Virus record (IMG/VR): IMGVR_UViG_3300008113_000071
Span: 1 to 64,000 of that record
Origin: a virus
Reading direction: 5' to 3' (one strand)
Length of the DNA stretch: 64,000 nucleotides
A model generated the notes under the pieces. The model worked only from the letters and a program-made list of their open reading frames with translations. It searched no databases and had not been told where the DNA came from. Of the stretch, positions 27,900 to 38,300 are shown piece by piece. Made by a program: the position numbers and the translations under genes. Position 1 is the stretch's first letter. The number at the start of each line of letters is the position of its first letter.

Positions 27900-28217
27900 A
27901 TGGCTTGTTTACCTGGAATGCCCTGTTATGGGGAATTAGTAACGATTGTATATCCTAAAAATTGCGATCCATGTTTATATTTTAAATTTCCATCTTCTAA
28001 AGTTAATTATGATGGACCAAATCTATCATGCTCAGGAGTACAAACTGGAGATTGTTTAAATACAGTTTTAGAAAAGATTGATACAAAGATCTGTTCTGAA
28101 GAACTTGTTGCACAGATTATTCAGACAATTGAAACTAACGATGTATTGAAAGCTTATTTCTGTCAATTAGTTTCTTCTTGTTCTCCAACAACCACAACCA
28201 CAACAACAATTCCATAA
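27900..28217 (+). CDS. Cys-rich structural protein with poly-Thr tail
   Basis: Paralogous to the N-terminus of 26778; ends CSPTTTTTTTIP. Confidence 0.7.
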   Translation: MACLPGMPCYGELVTIVYPKNCDPCLYFKFPSSKVNYDGPNLSCSGVQTGDCLNTVLEKIDTKICSEELVAQIIQTIETNDVLKAYFCQLVSSCSPTTTTTTTIP

Positions 28218-28229
28218 ACCAAATAAAAT

Positions 28230-28721
28230 ATGACTGTATTAATAACATTAACAATTGCTGGAGCTGACACAGGACCATTCAATCTATATTCAAATGTGGA
28301 TGGTTATGTAACTCCTTTTGAATCCAGTGTAGCTAAATCAGCTCTATTAGCTGGATATGTGTCAGTACTCGTTCCTGATGGAACCACTATAATTAGAGTG
28401 CGATCTCAAGGAGAGTGTACAAATTATCTTGATATAGTAATTGGTGGAACTACCACTACATCTTCTACATCAACTACAACAACAACAACAACAGTTGCAA
28501 CTCCTACTAGTTGGGTGTTAATTGATTGTATTAATGGTTTTCCATATAGTATTCCATATAATCCTTCATTTGGTGTTGGTGAAGTTTATCAATTTTCATC
28601 AGGTGATGGACCACATTGTGGAACAATAGCATATTCTGATTCAGGAACTCCTGATTCAACATTATCTAGTCCACTACAACGTTCATGTGATGATAGTGTA
28701 CACTGTCCACAACCTGTTTAA
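28230..28721 (+). CDS. beta-rich domain + poly-Thr linker + Cys-rich module
   Basis: Translation; the N-terminal domain is paralogous to the N-terminus of 39773. Confidence 0.75.
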   Translation: MTVLITLTIAGADTGPFNLYSNVDGYVTPFESSVAKSALLAGYVSVLVPDGTTIIRVRSQGECTNYLDIVIGGTTTTSSTSTTTTTTTVATPTSWVLIDCINGFPYSIPYNPSFGVGEVYQFSSGDGPHCGTIAYSDSGTPDSTLSSPLQRSCDDSVHCPQPV

Positions 28722-28757
28722 AATTTAAAAATCCTGTTTTGTTGGTTTTACAGGGTT

Positions 28758-28790
28758 CTCCCAGAGCTTAGGTTCTGGGAGTTTTTTTAT
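28758..28790 (+). terminator. intrinsic terminator
   Basis: CTCCCAGA...TCTGGGAG stem followed by T7. Confidence 0.8.
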
Positions 28791-28837
28791 TTTATAACTA
28801 ATTTGATTAGTATCAATAACATCTCTAATTAAAAAGA

Positions 28838-28870
28838 TTTGGTTTTTTAAAAAAGAATTTTGTATCTTTA
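28838..28870 (+). promoter_or_regulatory. Bacteroidetes-type promoter
   Basis: TTTG - 21 nt - TATCTTTA, right after a terminator. Confidence 0.65.
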
Positions 28871-28898
28871 CAGTAATTTTAACTAAAATCGACCAAGT

Positions 28899-30107
28899 AT
28901 GTCTGAAAATCAAACACTTTTGCAACAGTTGGGACAGTTGTTGCGACAAAAAAAGAGTAAAAAATTCTATGCTGAGAAGCTTGGAATTACAGAAGATGAA
29001 GTGAGTGAGTTATTACTAGAACTAAAAAATAAAGATATTGAACCAATGCCCCTTTTTGAAAACATTAAAAAGGTAAACATTGAAAAAGGAACTGTTGAGA
29101 GTACATTAGTTCTTGACTTTGAACCTAAGGATGATATTGAATTAGCTAAACTACACAAGATTAACTTAGACAAATACGTTATTACTAACTACTGGTCTAA
29201 GCTCCTACCTTCAGGAAAGTTTAGTTCTTCTGTGTTTTCTAAATTAAAACAACCTAAAGATTATACACCAGAAGACTTTGCTAAGTTTCTACAAAACTAC
29301 AAAAGCACATTCATTACACAACCTGTAATGGTTGATGAGGATAAGGAAACAGTTGATATTGAATTATCATTATCAGACTTTCACTTAGCTAAAAGAATTG
29401 TGAATGGTGATAATAGTATTGAGAATAGAAAAGCAACCTACATGAGTGTTCTTGTAGATCTATTAGCAAAGGTGTTACGTAATTACAATGTACGTACAGT
29501 CGTATTCCCTATATCAAATGATTTCTTCCACACAGATAACTATCAAAACCAAACTACAGCAGGAACTCCTCAGGATGTGATTGTTGAATATGGTGAGGAA
29601 TATGAGCATGGATTTGATCTTCTTGTTAAAGCAATTGAGCTTCTTTACAAACATTGTGAGAATGTAGAAGTGTTACTTGTTCAAGGTAATCATGATAAAA
29701 CTAAATCATTCTATCTAGCACATGCATTACAAGTGTATTTTAATAATGCAACTGGTATAACATTTGATAGAAGAGAGAGTGAATTAAAAGCTACAATATT
29801 AGGAAACACATTTATTGGTTATCATCATGGTAACTGTAAGTTAGATGATCTTCCATTATTGTTTGCAACGCATCCACAATATGGATCAGCATTTGGTAAT
29901 GCTACATATCGTGAGATACATACAGGAGATAAACACCACTACATGGCTAAAGAAGTTAAAGGTGTTAGAATCCAACAAATGCCTAGTTTGTCTGGTACAG
30001 ATAGATGGCATAGAGATAATAACTTTGTACATAGTATAAGAGCTGCTCTTGTTTTAATTTACAATACAGAACATGGTAAAATAGGAGAGTTCGAAAGCAG
30101 AATTTAA
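28899..30107 (+). CDS. HTH + calcineurin-like metallophosphoesterase
   Basis: YAEKLGITEDEV HTH; SDFH, NDFFH, QGNHD, HHG, HTGDKHH. Confidence 0.82.
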   Translation: MSENQTLLQQLGQLLRQKKSKKFYAEKLGITEDEVSELLLELKNKDIEPMPLFENIKKVNIEKGTVESTLVLDFEPKDDIELAKLHKINLDKYVITNYWSKLLPSGKFSSSVFSKLKQPKDYTPEDFAKFLQNYKSTFITQPVMVDEDKETVDIELSLSDFHLAKRIVNGDNSIENRKATYMSVLVDLLAKVLRNYNVRTVVFPISNDFFHTDNYQNQTTAGTPQDVIVEYGEEYEHGFDLLVKAIELLYKHCENVEVLLVQGNHDKTKSFYLAHALQVYFNNATGITFDRRESELKATILGNTFIGYHHGNCKLDDLPLLFATHPQYGSAFGNATYREIHTGDKHHYMAKEVKGVRIQQMPSLSGTDRWHRDNNFVHSIRAALVLIYNTEHGKIGEFESRI

Positions 30108-30111
30108 AAAT

Positions 30112-30840
30112 ATGGCAACATTAAGAAAATTAGTTTCAGATGTACGTGCATCTCATAAATTGTTATCAACAGATTCGTTGATTACAGATAGAGCTATTGC
30201 ATCTGAAATTAGAAACAATAGTATTCTCTTAATTAAAAGAGAGACCAATCTTAGAAAGCTTTGGGCTACTGATACTTTGTTTACAACTATTCCTTGTTTA
30301 GAAATGGTTCAAGTTCCTATTTCTGAATGTTGCGATTACCAAGATCCTTGCACTGTTGCAAGAACAAAATATAAAATCCCTCGTATATCTGAAGGAAACT
30401 ATCAGTATTTAATACAGGGTGTCTATTCAATTAATGCTATGAGTGGACAAGGTAAGAAGCTTAAGGAAATCACTATCAATAGATATTTAAATCTCCTTAA
30501 GCTTCCTATCATTAAGAATCAAGAATACTATTGGATTGTCAATAATTATTTATATGTAAATAATCCTTTACTACAAGCTATTAGACTTGCTGCTTGTTTT
30601 GAAGAAGATGTTCCAAATGAAATAATGTATCCTGAATCTGGATGTGGAGGTTGTGGACCAACTGATGAAGATTGGTGCATGAATCCCCTAGATAAACCAT
30701 TCTCTTTACCAGGATACTTAGAAAAACAAGTGTTAGACCTTACATCACAAAAACTATTACAGACATACTTCCAGCTTAAAACTGATATGACAGAAGATGG
30801 TATTGATGGACAAGCACCTAACTCAGCACCAACTAGATAA
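30112..30840 (+). CDS. putative tail ring protein
   Basis: Synteny before the IHF-like and tail tube genes; Cys-rich. Confidence 0.55.
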   Translation: MATLRKLVSDVRASHKLLSTDSLITDRAIASEIRNNSILLIKRETNLRKLWATDTLFTTIPCLEMVQVPISECCDYQDPCTVARTKYKIPRISEGNYQYLIQGVYSINAMSGQGKKLKEITINRYLNLLKLPIIKNQEYYWIVNNYLYVNNPLLQAIRLAACFEEDVPNEIMYPESGCGGCGPTDEDWCMNPLDKPFSLPGYLEKQVLDLTSQKLLQTYFQLKTDMTEDGIDGQAPNSAPTR

Positions 30841-30845
30841 TATTT

Positions 30846-31322
30846 ATGCGTATAAAGGTAGATTGGAGAAGTGGGAGCAGAGATAGTTATAATAGTTTCT
30901 GCAAAAGATATCCATCAATTAAACTATCCTTTGATGAATGGAGAAATATTCTTTATTCATACAATGAGCAGTTCAAAGAATACATTCTAGAAACTGGTGA
31001 AAGAGCTAAACTACCATTTGGATTTGGTGAGTTCTCTATCAATAAAAAGAAGAGAAAGAAAATCAAACAAAACAATGGTAAAGAATTTATCAATCTTCCT
31101 ATAGATTGGCAAAAGACAAAAGAAAAAGGAAAAGTTATCTACAACTTTAACTACCATACAGAAGGATACTTCTTTGGATGGATGTGGTTTAAAGACACTG
31201 CTAGATTTAGAAATCTAGATTTATGGTATTTTAAACCATCACGCACAACCTCAAGACTACTTTCCCATTACATTAAAACCAACGAAAAATATCAATATAT
31301 TTATCAAGAATGGAAAAAATAA
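30846..31322 (+). CDS. IHF-like protein (crAss tail-module type)
   Basis: KLPFGFGEFSI, PIDWQKT, NYHTEGY. Confidence 0.75.
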   Translation: MRIKVDWRSGSRDSYNSFCKRYPSIKLSFDEWRNILYSYNEQFKEYILETGERAKLPFGFGEFSINKKKRKKIKQNNGKEFINLPIDWQKTKEKGKVIYNFNYHTEGYFFGWMWFKDTARFRNLDLWYFKPSRTTSRLLSHYIKTNEKYQYIYQEWKK

Positions 31323-31328
31323 TTTAAC

Positions 31329-32318
31329 ATGTCATACTACTATAAATATAATTTCATTTCCCCTGAGCCTGTATATGCCACTGTAAAAGAAGAATTAAAA
31401 AGCTACTTTGATACAGGTGCAGTAGATGATCTATTGTTCCCAACCTATCTTGACAAATGTTTAAAGAAGTTGGGCAGAACAACTTATGTTATTTCTCAGG
31501 AGATATTACACATTTCTGATTTTGAAGCTAGGCTCCCAGATAACTTTTATGCTGTAAGAGAAGCTTGGATGTGTTCTGAGATTCCTCAACGTCCTTATCA
31601 AACTGCTAACTCATTCTATTCACAAGCTGCAACACAAACAACTATTCAAATTGCTCCCCTCACTGTAGGTGGTGTGAATTGTGATAACCCTGCTTGTGCT
31701 GATCCAGGTTGTAATGGTCAATGTATGCCTTTGTTAATTCAAGCTGTATATAAAACTAATCAAGAGGTTGCTAGATCATACAGACAAGAATACTTACTTA
31801 AACCAGGTAACATCTCTGCTAGAGCTAATTGTGGTGTAAACTATACAAATAACTGGTCATTTGATGCACCAATTGTACAAGGACAAGGTGGTGTTGCTGG
31901 TAACTTTACTCCTGGTCAAGCTGGAATAGATTCATTTGATGTTAGAGATAATAAGTTTGTAACCAACTTCAGAAATGGTATTGTACATTTATTATTCTAT
32001 GCCACTGAATATGATGATATAGGTAATCAATTAATCCCTGATAACTATCGTATTAGAGAGTTTGTTGAAGCATTCATTAAATATAAAGTGTTTGAAACTC
32101 TTACGAATCAAACTAATGATGAAACCTTCAATCAGCTTCAACAAAAGATGCTATATTACAAACAGCTACATGATGAAACATACATCCTAGCTGATATTGA
32201 AATTAAGAAACAAGATGCATGGACTAAACAGAGAAGAATTAAAAATGATCTGAATAGGTTCAATATGTACGAACTACCAAACAGAACCAATAGATATGGT
32301 AGAAGACGTAATAATTAA
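31329..32318 (+). CDS. tail tubular/ring protein
   Basis: ARLPDNF, NQLIPD; directly upstream of the stabilisation protein. Confidence 0.6.
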   Translation: MSYYYKYNFISPEPVYATVKEELKSYFDTGAVDDLLFPTYLDKCLKKLGRTTYVISQEILHISDFEARLPDNFYAVREAWMCSEIPQRPYQTANSFYSQAATQTTIQIAPLTVGGVNCDNPACADPGCNGQCMPLLIQAVYKTNQEVARSYRQEYLLKPGNISARANCGVNYTNNWSFDAPIVQGQGGVAGNFTPGQAGIDSFDVRDNKFVTNFRNGIVHLLFYATEYDDIGNQLIPDNYRIREFVEAFIKYKVFETLTNQTNDETFNQLQQKMLYYKQLHDETYILADIEIKKQDAWTKQRRIKNDLNRFNMYELPNRTNRYGRRRNN

Positions 32319-32323
32319 TAATC

Positions 32324-35300
32324 ATGGCAGACGAGTTAGATAAGATAAAAAAAATTCTTGGTGGTGATCAGAGTAATGTTGTTCCAGAATTTAACACTGC
32401 TAATACAGGTTTAAACCTTGATTTAACAGTTAATCAAATTCCTAAAGGAACTCTTACTTATGCATTAAATGCATCTTTGGAGAACTTTGATGCTAGTTCT
32501 GTTAATTATCAGAACGAGCCTGGGAATGAGCTATGCTTAAATTTCCCTGAAGGATACCAACTTATTGGTGAACACTCTATCTACGAAAAGAACAAACATA
32601 TATTCTTCTTAGCTAATCCTGTTACAGGAGGATCTGAGATTGGATATATGGATAATAATGATTGTGTATATCACACTCTTGTTAATGCTGCATGTTTAAA
32701 TTTTAACATCAATTATCCAATTCATAAAGCTGTACATAAGATTACTAATTGTACAACAGAAATCTATTGGACAGATGGGTTCAATGCTAGAAGATATTTA
32801 GATATTGATAATGTCCCTTATGTTGAATCAGCAACATCAGAGCCTTGTGATGAAAGATTTACAAATGACTTAGATTGTAATGCAATTAAACTGCAACCAA
32901 ACTTCTCTATTCCTCAATTAGAAATTATTGGAGTTAATAATGGTGGTGACTTAATTGCTGGTACATATCAATTTGCTGTACAATATTCTGATGCTACTGG
33001 TAATGGATATTCTTCATATTACTCAGTAACCAATCCAACTCCTATTGCTGATACTCAGATTACAACTCTTAACTTTAATTATCCTGTTGGTAGATCTATA
33101 GATGTTCAAATATCTAATATTGATACAAGAGGACAGTGGGAGTATTTTAATTTAGCTGTAATCAAAACAATAAATGCTATCACATCTGTAGAGTTAGTAG
33201 GAACATATTTTATTGATGAAGCAGTAAAACAGATTACATACACTGGACAAAATCAAACATTAATTAGACTAACAGTTGATGATATCTTTGAGAAGTTTCC
33301 TTATTATGAGATTGCTCAAGATTTAACTGCTGTACGTGATGTTCTTGTATGGGATCAATTAACATCTATTGATCAGATTAACTTTCAAAAGATTGCTAAT
33401 CAAATCACTCTTCAATGGCAGACATATAAACTTCCTGCTACTGAGAACTATGCTGATGAATTAAATGCAACTAACCTTCGTGGATATCTACGTGATGAGG
33501 TGTATGCATTTGAGATTGTATTCTTATTAAAGAATGGTAAACAAACAGATGGTTTCCACATTCCTGGTAGAGTAGCTAATGCAAATGATTTAAAAATAAT
33601 CTATCCTACAAATCAAGATTTTATTGGTGAACCTGATCCCATAACAGGAGGAAGTCCAACTTGGAAAATATATAACACTGCAACTGTTACTGGAGCTGGA
33701 GTGGGTGATAATATTAATAATGCCACTCCATATGAATATGGAGATTTTGCATACTGGGAATCTACTGAAACTTATCCATGTAATACAGAAGTTTGGGGAG
33801 ATCTTGTTAATCAACCTATAAGACACCACAAATTCCCTGATGTTCTTGTAAGTCCAATCTTTGAAACAAGATTATATAGAGGAATTAATGAGATGGTTAT
33901 GGGTAATAACTCTGTATTCCCTATTGGTGTAAAAGTTGATATTTCTCAAATCCTACAATTAATCTCATCTTCTGAATTAACTTTAGAACAAAGAAATGAT
34001 ATTCAAGGATTCAAAATTGTTCGTGGTGATAGAAGTACAAACAGATCAGTTGTAGCTAAAGGTATATTAAGGAATGTTGGAAAGTACACTAGAGAAAATC
34101 AAGAATTTTATTTCCCTAACTATCCATACAATGATTTAACTGAAGATCCATTCATTAATGAAAATAATAATGCATGGAGTCAGATATGTGAGACTTATAA
34201 TGTAAATATTACAGCACTACAAGTAGATCCTGATGGTGGTCCTCCATTTGCAGAATTAGAATATACAGACTGTAACTCTAATAAAACACAAAGAAAAAAA
34301 TATTACACAACTGGTTCTTTTGAGTTTTGTTCAATTTCACAACCCATAATTCTTCCACCAGCTGCAGGTGTAACAGGTGAAGCAACATATAATGTTTGGA
34401 GAATTGCTTCGACAGGAGGTTTTCAACTTTGTGGAGGATGGAGAGCTGAATGGATTGATCCATCAGGAGTAAGTCAAACTACTTATATAAATGGATGGCC
34501 TACTTATGAAAGTAGAATAATTAATGTTAAATTTGGAACTGTTCCTGCTTGTATAGAATATTGTGATCGTTGTGGAATAGTAATAGAATTTTTATATAAA
34601 GTGACTGCTTCAACAGATTGTAAAGTAGAAGTTCCACAACCACCAATCACATCTGATCCAGAAGGAAAATACAGACAGATATTTAACTCACCTGAAACAT
34701 CATTTGGTCAACCATTCTTAGGAGATGTTCTTAAGTTAGAAAGTGTAATTTTTGGTAAAGGATTGGGTCACTTTGTTCAAGTTAAAAGTAATGCTAAGTA
34801 TAAACTATTAACAGAAGAGGCTCAACAAGATGCATTAAACTCATCTAGAGAATTAGGAGATTTAACACCTGATTTTAATGCAGGAGCAATGTTTGCTGCA
34901 TATCAAGCTTATTTAACTATCTATACAAATGGTATCACAAGAAAGAATTATGCATACTCATTTAATTCTATTGCTGATTACAATTATACAAATGGTGTTC
35001 CAAATGATTTAGGAGTTAAACAAAGAGAACTTGACATTGCTCAATATTTAATTCCTGGAGTTCAATCTGTTGGAAATGATGATCTAAATATTAATAACTT
35101 CCAAAGAGAATCTTCAGTGTTCTTAAGAACTGTTGGATCAGATGGTTCTATAGCTTCTCTACCTTTCCCAGATAGAAGTCCATATATGTTAGAAGGTAGT
35201 GCTAGTATTATTACAGATAATTCTAGATTTACCATCTCAGAAATTGGTAATTGTGCAACTCCTGCAAAAGAAGTACCAATTCAGGTGGTATCTTATTATG

Positions 35301-38300
35301 CATCTGTAAAAAATATATTTATTAATCAATGGGGACAAATTTATTCTTATGATACAATTGATACTGGATTTCAGTATGTATTAGGAAGTAATGAAAGTTT
35401 AATAGCCACTGTATTTGGTGGTGATACTTTCATCAGTAGATTTGCATTTAAAACTAAACTTCCTTTCTTCATTGATAATAGAGTTAATGCTCCTGATGAT
35501 TCAGATGTATTCTATGATGAGATTGGTAATATTGCATATCCTAAATACTGGCATTCAGCTAGATCTATTTTACAAGATTATAGTTGTGATACAGGAGGAA
35601 CATTACCAACTGTTCTCTCAAATATTATTTCATACAAAGCACACAACTTTGATTGTCCAAATAGTCAAGCATTAGCTCCTGGTGCAGCAGCTGATAGTAA
35701 TCCTAATAGAACATTCTATGATGGATACTTTTATTTGTTTGCATATGGAATCCCTAACTTCTATTGTGAAACATCTTATAACGTAGATCTTCGTCAAGCA
35801 TTTAATAATAAAGAAGGTGACTTCTGGCCTCATGTAAGTACAAGTATTCCTGATGATTGGGTTCAAGAAGATTATGTATCTATCAATTTTGATAATACCT
35901 ATTATTACAATGTTACCTTCTCTAAACAAAATAAAGAAAATTTCTTTAGTCACTTACCTATAGATTATACTATAGATTTATGTGCTACTAATTTCCCATT
36001 TAGAGCAATCTATTCTGAAGCACAAACAGCTGATGCTGATAACACTGTAAACAATTGGTTAATATATAGAGCTGTATCTAAATTTGATTTTCCTCAGAAC
36101 TATGGTAAGCTTACATCTTTAGATGGTATTCAGAATAAAGCTACATTAGCTAGATTTGAGAATAAGTCTTTATTGTATGGTACATTATTAACAATTAATA
36201 CAAGTAATCCACAAGCTGCATATCTTGGAAATCCATCATTATTTGAGTCTGCTCCTCCTGTTGATTTTGCAGAAACTGATCTTGGTTTTGTTGGTTCTCA
36301 AAATAAAATGTTATTAAAGATTCCTCAAGGGCAAATAAGTATTGATGCTAAAAGAGGTCAAGTTTTCTTAATTCAAGGAACCCAAGTTAAAGATATTTCT
36401 CAGTTTGGTTCTGGTATGAACAGGTTCTTTACAGAACATTTAGCATTTGAGATTCTTAAATACTTCCCAGAAGTAGATACAGATAACCATTTTACTGGTA
36501 TTGGATTACATGGAACATTTGATAGTAAGTATGATAGAGTGTTGATCACTAAACTTGACTATGTTCCTAAAACAAAAGATGTTAAATATGATCCTGTAAC
36601 TAAAGAGTTTTATATTGAACACATCTATCCAGGAAACTGTGGTGGTAATACAACAACTACAACTTCTAGTTCTACTAGTACAAGTAGTTCTACAAGTACC
36701 ACTACAAGTACTACAACATCAGGTGGTGGTCCAACTACAACTACCACAACCACTACAGTTACTTGTAATGAATACGAACTTCCTGGTGGTGAAACAGGAT
36801 ATACATACAATTTTACTAATTGTTTAGGAAATCCTCAAACTGTTGTAGTTCCTGCTGGAGATCAATATGGAGAATGTGCTTTAGGTTTCCCTGGTGGCCC
36901 AGCAATATTAGTTGGTCCTTGTACACCAACTACAACAACCACTACAACATCTATTCCTGACATAAGTTGTTTCACATTAACTTACTTAAGTCCTTATGGT
37001 GCACCTACAACTTGCTTAGGTGAAGAGTTAGAGATATTTGGTGGATATTATAGAATTGCATATACTGGTGGACCTTATGTTACTGCAGATGTAACTATAA
37101 CATATGATATAACTAATGTTGATGGTTGTGATAGTTCAACAACTTATACAACTGGATCTCAAACAATCACTGCATTTACATCATATGTAGACTTTTTATT
37201 TATAGAGTCAACTCCTCAAGATTGTCCTCCTGACACTCCTTGTAGAACTTACGTTTCATCAATAGGAGCAATTGTTGGTTCAAGTATACCTTGTTCTGAA
37301 TTTACAACAACCACTACTACTACCACTCTTGTTTCTCCACCAATGATGTTTAATAGTATTTCAGAAGGGGCTCCTAGATTGTTAACAGTTCAAACAACTA
37401 CAACTTGTCCTCCAATTATTATTAGAGAAGTTGTTTATCTTACTGATTTAAATTACTTCTGTAATAAATCTTGGAGTTTATCTTACAACTTAAATACAAA
37501 CAGCTGGATTAGTTTCCACAGTTACATTCCTAATTTCTATGTAGCTGAAAACAATTTCTTCTATTCAGGATTAAATGATTGCTGTTCTGTAATTGATGCT
37601 ATTGTTGCTGAGGTGTTACCTGAACCAACTACTACTAGTACAACAACTTCTAGTACAACAACCACATCTAGTACATCTACAACATCTACAACCACTACAA
37701 GATTTGCTGGTTGTGATTTAGCAGGTGAAGCAGAAACTCTTGATTGTACTTTACAAGGTGTTGCTATTGATATTACACCAACAACTACTACAACAACAAC
37801 AGTTCGTCCTGAGATTGCTGCAGTACTTCTATTTGTAGATGAAGAATTACTTTGTAGTGCAGATAATACAACAACTCCTACAGCAATTATCTACTTGCCA
37901 GTTACATCTCCTTGGTTTGTATTAAATGGATCTAGTGAGTTAGTACTTGATAACACATGTCCAATTTCTTCATTCCTAAGTGAATATGTAATTACACCTG
38001 CATCATTTGCTAGTTACACTGTAAGTTCTCAATCTGTTTCTACTGATCCTCCATTATATATTGAGAATATAAATTTTGTTGTAAATGAAGCAAGTTTATT
38101 AGATTCAGCAAGTGAAAACATTATAGTAACAGTAGTTAGTGGTCTTGCATCAGCTATAGGTTGTCCATGTCCTACAACTACAACAACAACTAGTAGCACC
38201 AGTAGTAGTACCACTACAACAACCACTACAGCAATTCCAAGCATGTCTTGGGTGATGGGAAATGGTGGAACTGGAAGTGGTAGCAGTGGAGCTGCTTGTG

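Noticed and set aside
28215-28232. Readthrough fusion of 27900 and 28230, which share a frame
   Set aside because: Two TAA stops intervene and 28230 has its own A-rich leader.
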